A DNA stretch of 64,000 nucleotides from Octopus sinensis (Eukaryota): the NCBI RefSeq assembly GCF_006345805.1, contig NC_043012.1, positions 30,628,001 through 30,692,000 of the forward strand, given 5' to 3'. The notes beneath the pieces are model-generated. The model saw only the letters and a list, made by a program, of their open reading frames with translations. It was not told the DNA's origin and ran no database searches. Positions 1 to 13,491 of the stretch are shown here, one piece after another (position 1 is the first letter of the stretch; each line of letters opens with the position of its first letter). The position numbers were made by a program, and so were the translations under genes.

Positions 1-639
1 ACCTGCAATATCTTGTTTAGAATACTAAGAAAAACAACTACAAAAAGAAACAATCACATTTTCTAGTTTTATTTAAGCAAATTTCAGGGTGAACCAAGTG
101 ATGTTACTTCTAGCAAGAAGAGTAACGCAAGAGAATCAGGGGACCAAGCCGTCACTGATGAAGCGACATTTCTAATTAGAACGATGTTCAATTTACGCGT
201 GAAGGCGCACGGCGTTGGGGACAAAGGTTTTCGTTTCATGAAAATTGGATTGGGTATCGCGTTGTGTCCTTAAGCAAGATACTCCATTTCAGGTTTTCTC
301 ACCAGCCAACTTAGTTGTAAAGAGTACAAGTGATGTGTTGCTGCATCCCGTTCTCCTTCCAGCGACCACATCTAGGACGATTCGAAAGTTCTAAGATCGG
401 AAGGCTGATAGAGTGCCTATGTATAGTTGTGACTCTAGACATACTATGACAATTACCAAAAGCTCAATACGACAAATCGATTCTCGCTGGCGACCGATTG
501 TTGCTCCATTTCAATATGACATCTAGATGGGAGTCAGCGATAAACACTGTGAAATGCAAGCGTCTCATCTAAGCAACCGGAGAAAAAACATATTGTTTCA
601 TAGCACGATACCAAATCCATACACCTAATAGGAAACGAG

Positions 640-746
<107 letters not shown>

Positions 747-904
747 CATATATATATATACATATATATATAAATGTACATATATATATATATATATAAT
801 AAATATTAGGGAATAAATCCAAATTTACAGGGAAAAAATCAGATTTAGGATTAAATCCAATTTTATAGTAAATATTATATAATATTAATTAGAGACATAT
901 ATTC

Positions 905-1059
905 TCTTTTCTCTTTTACTCTCTGGAGCACCGCCTTATTCTTTGTAAGCCCAGTACATATTCTATCGGTCCCTTTTGCCGAACCGCTAGGTGACAGGGG
1001 CGTAAATACACTAGCATCGGTTGTCAAGCAATGCTAGGGAGACAAACACGGACACACAA

Positions 1060-1095
<36 letters not shown>
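905..1095 (-). mobile_element. SINE family A, 3' fragment
   Basis: ctggagcaccgcc...ttctatcggt...ttttgccgaaccgctag...catcggttgtcaagc matches the 3' half of the full copies at 43191-43606 and 38281-38666. Confidence 0.85.
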
Positions 1096-1098
<3 letters not shown>

Positions 1099-1172
1099 AT
1101 ATTATGCACACATGTATATATGTATATACATATCTATATTATATATATATATATTATATATATATATATATA

Positions 1173-1874
<702 letters not shown>

Positions 1875-2064
1875 CATTTAGAATAATTTTCTATTCATCT
1901 GACGAACCGAAGAGAGAGATTTCGAGTGACAGTTTGTAAATTTTCAAAAGTAACAAATCATACATGTCTGTGTGATGTGTATCTATCTATATATAATATA
2001 CATACATACACTCGGACACAGACACGCAAACACAGACATATATACATATATATATATATATGTA

Positions 2065-2096
<32 letters not shown>

Positions 2097-3251
2097 CGCA
2101 TATATATATGCATACACACACACACATATATATATAATATATATATATAATATATATATATATAGATATATATATACACATATATATATGCATACACACA
2201 CACACACACACACCACACACACACACATATAATATATATATATATATATATATAAATAGGTGAATGAATTATCCTATGTTTATCGTCAACATGGAAAATT
2301 CGTTTAACCGAAACCTGGGTAGCAAATTCACGTCAGAAACACGGTTGAAGCGACCTGTCAAGGGTAGAAACTCCGGGTTCATGTGCAGAAATGTGTGTGT
2401 TGTATATGAATAAATGAAAGAATGGAGTCGAACGAAGATGTTAACAAAATCCTTTACTCTCGACATATGTCGAGAGAAAAGGAATTTTGTTAACATCTTC
2501 GTTCGACTCCATTTTCATTATATATATATATAATAAATATATATATATAATATATATATATATTATATATATATATATATATATTATATTTAATACACAT
2601 ACACACAAAGTTATATGTATATCCGGTCAAAACAATACATGTTGTGGACCTAACGATTATGGATTAAATATTCTATCCACTCCCGAACTTATCTTTGATA
2701 ACATTATCCGAAGTGGATGAACATAGGTTCTTTCTGGACTAAGTATCCTTGAAACAATATTATTCATACATACGTATCATCGGACTGCAGTCCGACGGTG
2801 GCTTCACTGGCCAAAACTTCGAAGTCACTGTTTTAGAATAATCAATTTGTATTCTACAAAACTATAGAGCAACTCATCAGATTAACGTAAAATGGTTTTT
2901 TATTATAAATGACGATAAAAACAGATTAGCATATCTATAGGCACACGAATATATATAACATGTGTGTATAGACATACGTACACTCATATGGGCAATATAT
3001 GTATACATGTATATATGCACATTTATACACACACACGCACATATATATATATATAGTCAAATTATCGTATATATATATATTTACATATACTAATATGTAT
3101 ATGCGAGGGCACTTGTGTATAAGTGTAAATATGGGTATGTATATATGAGTTTTCGTCTATATGTCCGAGTGTGTGGTTGGTGTGTATATGAAGTGTGCCT
3201 TTGGTCATGGTGGAGCAGGACTATCAAATTACTAGACTTTAATCCTCATGC

Positions 3252-3307
<56 letters not shown>

Positions 3308-3357
3308 TAAAAATAATAATAATAACAATAATAATAATAATAAATAACAATAATAAA
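3252..3357. repeat. (AAT)n trinucleotide microsatellite
   Basis: Read directly. Confidence 0.95.
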
Positions 3358-4149
3358 TTGATATACTGCCAACCATCAAAATGTTGGTTCGCTTCCAGGT
3401 TACAGATTGTGGATCTTACACACATACAGACACACGCACACGCGCGTGCGAGCAGACACGCGCACACACACACAGGTGCACACATATGCACGTATACACA
3501 CATGCACATAGCCATACAGTATAGGAATCCTGGTGTTATCCTTGGCTAAAACTCGAGGCAGATGGAATTAACTCTGATGCCGTTGTTGGTGTTGTCGATG
3601 GTAACGGTGGCGGCTGGGGTGGAGGTGGTGATGGTGGTTGTAGTGGTGGTGGTAGCATCAGGGATTGTCGGATGTAATCCTATTAGATGTAGTAGTAGTA
3701 GTAGTAGTAGTAGTATTGGCTGCGCTGCTGGTTCTAGCAGCTGTGGGTCCAAACCCAACGGGGCATTGGTGATAGTCAATATCCTTCAAAAATATACAGC
3801 GGCACATTGCATTTGTTTAGCCCTAGGTCAGTCCTAGTGGAGTGGAGCTATGGATTGATCAAGGATATTACAATCTCCTTATCATTTCCTCCAATATCGA
3901 CTGATAGGATATATTTTGAGTGAATTTCGGTTGTTAATGTCGAGCGACCACGTTCAGGCCGCCTGGGTGGATTGTGGGGTAGTTAGTGTAAGGGTTGGTG
4001 CTGTTGTTGAGGGAGGGCAAAGGTTATGCAAACTTGATAAGCTAGAATCTCAGAATTGCAAAAGAATCTCTTGAATTCGCCTGAAGGGGATAACAATGCA
4101 AAATGATGATTAAGAGAGGAAAGGAAGTGAATCATCTCTTCATACGTAC

Positions 4150-4290
4150 ATCCATCCATCCATCCATCCATCCATCCATCCATCCATCCGCCCATCCATC
4201 CATCCATCCATCCATCCATCCATCCATCCGCCCATCTATCCATCCATCCATCCATCCATACATACATACATACATACATACACACATACA
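4150..4290. repeat. (CCAT)n followed by (CATA)n microsatellite
   Basis: Read directly; it explains the WMDG and PSIH repeat ORFs. Confidence 0.95.
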
Positions 4291-5645
4291 TACAAATATG
4301 TATATATACATCTTTTTAAAAATACGAATATATACGTATGTAAATGTGTGAGGGTGATTAGTAAACTCCGAGTTTAGAAACAAGGAAAAAAGTACTCAAT
4401 ACACACAGTGGAGTACAAATATGTTATGAACAGTTAAAATGTATTTGAATCGCAATTATGAGATCAGGTTTCAAACGATATGCATTCATATATATTCGTT
4501 TAGAGAAATCCTGATTCACAGATGCATGTATATTTTCATATATAATACTGACAAATACATATATATATATACGTATGTAATAGTACATAATATATATATA
4601 TATATACTATTACATATGTATGTATATATATATATATATATAAATGCATTTTTACATCCTTGTAGCTAATATATATACATAGTACATACATACACACACA
4701 CATAAATGTGTGTATATATATATATACATATATATTGTGTGAAACCCAGATTCTGAAACATATGGGATTCATTTTAAGAAAATTGCACAAACATATCAGC
4801 GGGGACACACATACACACGCACACAATCGAACACGCACGCATACACACACAAACGCATACACACATACATATACACGCATCTAGGCATCCTATGTTTGAA
4901 AATGTGTATGTAAGAATGTTCCTGGTTCTATGACATTATGCATCATTGCAAAAGCTTTCGGTGTATCTCAAGTGCCAAAAGCTGACGGAATTTTGGAATT
5001 CTTGGATCAGATGCCAAACCAAAATCTCTGTGGAACTGTCTACATATCCGAAAAAGATTCGCATTCAAAGGATATGCTAGAGAAAGAGAGACAGATGAGG
5101 GGAAAAGGAAGAGGAAGAGAAATACAACCTTCACCTCAATAATTATTAGCAATATTTACCAGACGCTCATGTGTATACATACGTACATACATACGTGTCT
5201 GTCTGTGTGTATGTGTGTGTGTAAATATACGGATTTATACACACACACACACTCTCGAAAAGGCACATACATTCTCCACAGGGTATTTCATAATTAGCTT
5301 TGTACATATATCTACCTTTACACATGCAGGCACTCACGATGTATGTATGCGTGTGTGTAAGTGTAAATGTGTACGTGTGCACGCGAGTGCACACGTGTGT
5401 AAATGTGTGAGAAAGAGAGGGAGAGTGGAGAGAGAGAGAGAGAGAGAGAGAGAGGGGGAGAACTAATTTAAACCAGAATGAGGAAATCAACGCACACGAA
5501 AGATGGAAACAAAAAAATTATGAAAACTGAGAATGTTAAGGTGTGTGTGTGCGTGTGTGCGTGTGTGTGTAAACATATATGTTTGAGTTCGAGTATGTGT
5601 ATGTTTGTGTAATGAGGTATATCAATATATACGTGCATATATATC

Positions 5646-5695
<50 letters not shown>

Positions 5696-5703
5696 TATAT
5701 ACT

Positions 5704-5748
<45 letters not shown>

Positions 5749-5981
5749 TATATATCATATAATATATATATACTATCTATAACTATATATATATACACAC
5801 ACACACACATATATATATACTATATATATATATATATACAAATTGAGATAGGGGTTGTAAATGCAACCTCCATGGGAGACACTTTAGAAATTAGTAGGAA
5901 GTAATATAATGTACTATTGAGTATGTATATTTGCATCTAGGTACTAATATGTGTATGTTTATTATCACAATATTAAGTTGA

Positions 5982-6031
5982 AAAACTGAAACATTGAATG
6001 TTTACTAAAACTGAAACATTGAATGTTTACT
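5982..6031. repeat. Exact 25-bp tandem duplication (aaaactgaaacattgaatgtttact x2)
   Basis: Read directly. Confidence 0.95.
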
Positions 6032-6188
6032 AATTTATATTATTTATTTACATCATTATGTGTATGTATATTTTTTTTATATGTATAGGAGTGTAAGTAT
6101 ATGCACTCATATGTATATGTATATGTTGTATTATGGGTATGTACCCACACCCATATGGGTATATATGTAGACTGATTTATATCACATA

Positions 6189-6310
6189 ATCTCTGAAGAG
6201 GCCTTATGATATTTTGTAATGTCTCATTTATATCTATATATTGACCTACCATAAAAGGCTATTGGTAAAATGAGACATACTTATCTACATGGCCGAAACA
6301 GCTGTAAGAT
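6189..6310 (+). ncRNA. Type I hammerhead ribozyme motif with intact core
   Basis: AUCU / CUGAAGA / GGCC ...87 nt... GGCC / GAAAC AGCU GUA / AGAU. All core positions are canonical and helices I, II and III all pair. Confidence 0.75.
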
Positions 6311-6684
6311 GTAATCTATACTTATATTATATTTACTTATATTTATATTCTCTTTTTATATATATTCTACTTATTATACAACATTACTCTTTTATGTACA
6401 CTTTTTTATGTACATTCCTTTATGTACACTGATTTGTTCTGCTTTTTTATGTTTAACCCTACTGTCTCTTATGTGGTGGTTTAATAAAGTATGTGATTGA
6501 GTATTATCTGGTAATTGATTTAGATGTATTTCTCCATTTTCTTATCTTGTATATATATATATATATATATACACATATCTCATAGTCCAAAAGAAGAATA
6601 AACCGCTGATTGTTAGCTGTTTTCTTTATTAATCTTACTGTCACGTCCCCTCATTCTTGTACTCTCATTCTTCCTAACTTTAAA

Positions 6685-6945
6685 TCATTCTGGCATTTCA
6701 AGAAAGTGCAGTGCCAGGCAGACATCATGCACTTCTGACATTTCTCTTTCAAACTCTTCCTTATTCATTGAACCGTGGAAACGATATTCATTTCCGGTTT
6801 CACGTTTTAAACAGAGATGAGAAATACATGCGGAGAGAGCTACGGTGTTGGTGCTGGTTTTACCCTTGTCCAAGAAAAGTTTCTTGCTCTCACTCGATCT
6901 GCTAGAATTAACAACTGAATCTGAATTTCCTAGGGTTTCTAAGAC
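6685..6945 (-). CDS. Candidate terminal coding exon, 86 aa, unidentified
   Basis: ctatttacag|GTC acceptor, open frame VLETLGNSDS...HGSMNKEEFEREMSEVHDVCLALHFLEMPE*, and AATAAA about 55 nt past the stop. No family recognised. Confidence 0.3.
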   Translation of the reverse strand, partial: VLETLGNSDSVVNSSRSSESKKLFLDKGKTSTNTVALSACISHLCLKRETGNEYRFHGSMNKEEFEREMSEVHDVCLALHFLEMPE

Positions 6946-7475
6946 CTGTAAATAGGGTTCGTTGTGCGTGGGGGGGGGGATAAACCATAAGTGATAGATT
7001 ATTCTTAAAAATCAATGTCCTGCTCTGAATGTTTGCAGTAAGGCGGACTATGTCGCGGGCCAAAACATGGTGTTAAACCAGGTAGGCAGGGCGACGGATG
7101 CTGTCCACTAAATCAAACTGGACACGTCGGTTGATGAAGCCTAGATTCCCATTAAGAAAGGGATTGGAATGTCATTTGACCCTGTATCCCAGGTCATCCC
7201 AGCTGTCTCAGGGTTTACCTGAGATTAAAGAACACAACACGAAGAGCAAATATTTATCGGAAGTAGAACTTTATTTGGCGCTGCAGACTAAAGCGGATCA
7301 TTCGAGACTTCGTAGTGTTTTTGAATAATCGTTTGGTACTTTATAGCAGCCAATTAGACGGAGTCTTTGAGAATTGTCTGCCTTTGAACAGAAACACAGC
7401 ACTCAAGGATAGACATTGGTACCATGTTATGCTGTATGTCCACAGCCGCTGATTCCTTGCAGAAACAGAAAGTTG

Positions 7476-7510
<35 letters not shown>

Positions 7511-7597
7511 TGAGAGAGAGAGAGAGGGAGAGAGAGAGAGAGAGAGAGAGGTAGGTATACAACCAAAAAGAGTAAGAAGATAATGCCTTGACAGGCA

Positions 7598-7716
7598 CTT
7601 TATTTATCGACACCGAAAGGAAGATAAAAAGTCGACTTCGCATCGATTTGAACTTAGAGCGCAGAGACTTGGTACAAATACCGAAAAATGATCCGTCCGA
7701 TCCTCTAACGACACGA
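7598..7716 (-). mobile_element. SINE family B, degraded
   Basis: ttatcgacaccgaaagga...aaagtcgacttcg...atttgaacttagagc is the reverse complement of the family B consensus seen at 35353 and 60137. Confidence 0.65.
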
Positions 7717-8239
7717 CTACAAGTTTCCGGCGATTGACTACATGGAAATCAGACGGTGAGTGTGTCAAAGAGTCAAATTAATAAGGCACTAAAAGAGAAT
7801 GACTCTTCCTAGGCACATACGTTCACTACCACGAACACCACCACAACACCAACACCAAGTCGACCACACCAACTGTTCCTACGACTACTAGTGTTATATT
7901 TAAGTTTGCCATGGTCCTCTCTTTATAATTGGGGAAATTGCAAGTGTGAAAGCCAAGCGGAAGGAAGTATTTCGGTAAAAAATGGTAAACGATGGATTGA
8001 CAGGTCATTCAGGAGGTAAATCTGTGAGAGTGTGTGTGAATGTGTTTGCGAGCGAGGATTTTGGACGGGACTGGAAATGTCGGGACGGTAGTGTAACGAC
8101 ATTTTAAACTGTTTGGCCGATGATATACACATGCATATGTGTATGCATGTGTGAGTGTGTGTACATACATACATTCAAGGCACCTTCTTTGGAATTTCAA
8201 CATCAATAACACGGTATTTTTGTTTGTGTATGTATTTAG

Positions 8240-8273
<34 letters not shown>

Positions 8274-8389
8274 TAAAACAAATGATGTATTTTTTAATCA
8301 GCAGAACGTTACAAAAGTGGTTCTGGTGCTGAGAATTTCGTGCATGGCACTGAAGAAGATAATTGGTTCCATTAAAAAATTATTAAAAT

Positions 8390-8420
<31 letters not shown>

Positions 8421-9081
8421 ATGTCTGTCTTTTCTTTGAAACACTTAGATGAAGTCATGTGTTCTTATTAAATCTCTATTAGTTGATGTTTACTTATTTT
8501 CTTATTAGTTGTGCGTCTTCTATACAAATACATACATACATACACATGCCAACACTGACATGTATACACACACACATTATATATTTATATATATATGTGT
8601 GTGTGTGTGTGTGTATGTGTGTGTGTGTGTGTGCGTGTGTGTATATATTCATATAAGAAGAAAATGATGACTCTTCCAAGGCTAGTTGTGTTTCCTTCTC
8701 TTTCGAATTCGTTTGTGTAAATTTAAGTTCAAACACAAAACGAAAAACAGGAACAATGTACTCAATACATATGTAGAGTACAAATATTTATGTCATTGAT
8801 TAGCTACAAGCACGTAGAAGCATATACCCAAACACGCTCACACACACACGCACACAAACACATAAGCCCATACACACACACACAGAGAAACATGTAAACA
8901 CATACATACAGGCACATACAGACGTGTCTCTGTACATACGCGCAGCAACACATCTACAACCGGCAAAATAAACATGGCCAAGAGGAAGAAGAACGACACG
9001 TGAGATGGAAATATAGTCACTCATACCACATTCCTACACATATCGTGTGTGTGTGTGTGTTTACATATATAATATATATAT

Positions 9082-9127
<46 letters not shown>

Positions 9128-9623
9128 TATATATACATATCCACAGATATATGAACACACACATACACAGACACATATATACACACACCTGCATCACACA
9201 AGAAGCTTGCGTATATACCTATATGCATTATTATACAGGCATATATAGAGAGATTTATTTGAATTAAAACCACCCCCACTTAGGTAATTAGTGTAATATA
9301 TACCAAAATCTTCATGCCTAGACATACATTTGGAGACGATCCAGAAATTACTCGAAGAATAAGAGGTATCTCTCAGATTTCTTACTCTAAAACAGATGTG
9401 ATTTACATTTAGCACACTCCACCAGCCTGCTACCCTGTTCGCTTCTACCAAATATGTTGCTAGGTTTACCGGGGAAACGCTTTGCTATTTATTTTTTGCT
9501 CTCTCTCTCTCACGAGGGGGTAGGTGTTTCTTTATAGCTATATTTTCATATGTATATGTATGCATATATACATATTATATATATTATATTATATATATAT
9601 ATATAATTATATATATTATATAT

Positions 9624-9654
<31 letters not shown>

Positions 9655-10168
9655 GATATATATATATATATTATTATATATATATATATATATATATATA
9701 CATACATATATATATATATATATATACATACATACATATATATACATACATATGCATATATACATACATATGTATATATATACATATATACATACATACA
9801 TACATATGTATATATACACATATATACATACATACATATGTATATATATATATATATATATATACATATATATACATATATTTATACATATATACATATA
9901 TACATATATATACATACATATATTTATATATATAAATATATACACATATACATATACATATATACATATATATATATAAATATATACATAGATAGATATA
10001 AATATATACATACATATATATATATATATATATACATATATACCTACATATATATATACATATATACGTATATATGTATATGTATATATATGTATGTATA
10101 TGTATCTATAGATACACATATGTTTACACATATATGTGTAGTAGTTTTTAATAGTTTCTCTTCTTACT

Positions 10169-10199
<31 letters not shown>

Positions 10200-10919
10200 T
10201 CTTATATTTACCTGTAAAAAATGCAACACCAACGTTTGTATTCTATCGCCAAATACCACCCCTACCATCAACATCATCATCATCATCGTCATCATCAAAA
10301 CATATAGCTTATGATGTCTGAAGAATGTTCGGCAGGTAAATATGTGTCTTTATATGTATATGAATACCTGTATCGGTATATAAATATGCATATATACATA
10401 CAAAGTATGTACCTCTTAAATCTGCACCTCCCAGTATATTGATGTGGACGTGTATTATATCTGTCTTTCTCTCTGTCCCCCTGTCCTCCTCCTACTCTCT
10501 CTATCTCTATAAATCTCAGCGATACGTATGGTGGACTTGCTAAAGAAACAGTAAATTTAAGATAAACGAGAAATGGAAATATTCAAAGACATAACGGCTT
10601 AAGTTTTAGTAAGCGTTCTTTCTGGAAATCAAAAGCGTAATTCAAGTGGACAAATAGAAAGATTCTAATTCAAACTCCCTCATACTCAAATGCAGACATT
10701 GAGTTTCTGATGTCAATAAGACCTTATCATACATCTGTAGACATCTCTAATTACGATTTTTGACGATTCTATTCGTGTCACACTGCCAAATGTTCGCTTT
10801 ATTGATTTTGTGTGAACAAATCTTTTAGTGCTCATAAGGTTTTACACATACATACATACAAACACACATACATACACAGATATATACATATATCATGCAT
10901 AACACTTACGTATATATAG

Positions 10920-11003
<84 letters not shown>

Positions 11004-11206
11004 TATAATATATATGTATATAATATATATTTATGTGTATATATTTCTTTGTGTATAACATTTATAATGTATATACGAACATAGAACGGCAACAGCTGTA
11101 ATATTTTGTTACGGGGCTTTCTCTTGGACAAAATGCTACAAAATTGGCTTCCATGTTGTACATACGTTCTCTGTAATGTAATGTTCTTGATATGTCAATC
11201 CTTTAT

Positions 11207-11256
<50 letters not shown>

Positions 11257-12512
11257 TATATATATCTATATAGGTGTGTTTGTGTGTATAAATACATAAG
11301 ATATGAAGAGTTTAAAAATGAATTATTCAATCCATAATTATACTTAAATTGTATAATTAAATAACAGTTTATTATGGATGTATGTAATTGTGAGTTTTCG
11401 CTCAGTAATGCAATTAATTAAAGCGTTCCTCAGGCAATTAGTGGAGCAACGCTATTTCGCACATTGTCATGCTCGGGTACGAACGTTGTAGGCGGTGTAT
11501 CTCCTTACAGATTAATTATTTTCTTCTTGTTTGTTAAGTAATTGAAGAAATAAAAATGGAAATAATGAAATAGAAACTAAAAAAAGCTATAAATTAAATA
11601 AATTATAAATATAAATTAAGCATGAAATGGAAGACTATGAAAGCGCATTCCGAGATGTTATTGGGTGCATTAATATCTGATGATAGATTATATATGCGTG
11701 GGAACACACGCTCTCGTACACACATGCATGTATACATTTATAAGGCACTCTTATGCATGGAATAATAAATCTAAGCGTGTAGCGTGTTCATAGGAGTATT
11801 TATTCTGGCGGTGATAATGAATTCCAGTCTTTCTACAAATGTTCCACAGAGTGTCTGCATTTTGTTAAAAATTCGGATTCCGGATTTGAGTAGAATTTCG
11901 AAGCTTTCATTTTTAATAATGGGTCTATTTTCTGAAGTACATAAACACAATCTCATTATTTTTTGCCCTTTTTAAAATTATTTTCTTCGATCTCTCAATA
12001 GTTATTCGACTTCAATTGCTTGATGTAATTAGGAGAATTTGATAAGATTTCTATATTTAATGTCTAATTGATAAACTATGATTAAAGTTGCATTATTTAG
12101 GCTTTCTGTTGGTTATTTCGATGTTATATATGGGTGTACTTTAAGGTTTGGTATGATAGAAGTACCTTAACATTGTTATGTTAAGGACAGGTAGAGTATT
12201 TGTGTGTCAACGTTTCTATCTGAAGAGTTGGTCTCCGTTGGTTCATGTGGATTAAGAGTTATTAGACTTATTTTAGCCGCTAAATGTATTTATATCCTAG
12301 CATGTCAATTTCAGGAAGTCTATGAGTTTTAGAATTCCCGCCATTGACAAATAATTTAATTAACTACAACATTATAACCTAAGTTTGTATCTGTGTGTGT
12401 ACACACACGCACACATACGTATATATAATGTATGTATGTATGTATGTATGTATGTAGTATGTATGTATGTATGTATGTATGTATGTATGTATGTATGTAT
12501 ATATATATATAT

Positions 12513-12556
<44 letters not shown>

Positions 12557-12559
12557 ATA

Positions 12560-12762
12560 TATATATATGTTAATCCTAACATGAAAACACAACAACGCGA
12601 GGGCGTGGAACAAGTATAGTGTTATTGGATGCTCAGGAAAGGAAAGAAAGAAGGAGGATTTAACGTTTCGAGCGGATCCCTTCGTCAGAAACATAGGGAA
12701 AGGAAAGATCCAAGGAAGGGAAAACGGAGGAAAAAATCGCCAATGATACACACGCGGTCTCA
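12560..12762 (-). mobile_element. Penelope-like remnant (same family as 43655-43860) with a minimal hammerhead motif
   Basis: acaacaacgcgagggcgtgg...gttattggatgctcaggaaaggaaag...acgtttcgagcgga...tcagaaa is shared between the two loci. Hammerhead at 12658-12692. Confidence 0.65.
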
Positions 12763-13458
12763 TTTTGATATGTATTATTTGTAACGTAAAGCATTTATGG
12801 AGCAGACATCGCAGATATGAGCAAGAAGAATGTGTGAAATGTAAATGAGCTTTGAAAACGAGTAATCCCTAATCAAGATTAGAACCATTCCCATTGTTAA
12901 AGAGTTGCCATTGCGAATTAATATCTCAAGTTAGAACTAATTAGATTTATTATCAAAATTGTCCCAACCGCTAGTCACTTACTTTTAAACCAAACACTGA
13001 AAACATTTTCATTGGTCGCTTTGAGTTTATGACAGCTTGAAGTATGGAGCGAGGGCATGATTTGGCTACTATTTCTTGCCGAGTGACCCACTGCTGTTTC
13101 GAAGTTCACCCCTTTTACACGATTAACAGTATATACCTTTTTTTTACCAGCGTTGATAACTAAGCAGGGTTGAGGAAGAGGTATTAGATGAGAAATTCCT
13201 GAAAATTTCCAGCATGACTTTACGGTAAAACAGACTCAGTGCTAACAATGTATTAACAAGGATTTTCACATCGTTAAGTGGAAGAATCTGTCTGGCTTTA
13301 TCTAAAACTACGGGATAAATGGTTCTGATGGAGCTTCGTTAACAGTCTCCTTTGTTGCCTAATGTTAAACGTAACAATATTGTGAAGAGATATTCACGAA
13401 GCATATCGGCGTAATCAGGGGATACATCACGTGCCAAATAGAAATAGAAAGAGAAGTT

Positions 13459-13491
<33 letters not shown>

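Larger units (their letters stand above)
5841..6520 (+). mobile_element. Penelope-like pseudo-LTR-type remnant carrying a hammerhead motif
   Basis: AT-rich unit bounded by (TA)n, with a canonical hammerhead at 6189-6310 and AATAAA at about 6483. Minimal type I hammerheads with a palindromic helix III are an established feature of PLE termini. Confidence 0.55.

Noticed and set aside
1899-1930. CTGACGA core-like motif
   Set aside because: No GAAA, helix III or matching helix I downstream.
5841-6520. Possible terminal redundancy (retrozyme-like monomer)
   Set aside because: Only 6-9 bp matches (aattga, attgagtat) in AT-rich DNA, which is not significant without family alignments.
11400-11520. 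TAAT/TTTAT-rich enhancer-like stretches (also about 42620-42660 and 59200-59310)
   Set aside because: Such motifs are expected by chance at this AT content, so conservation data would be needed.
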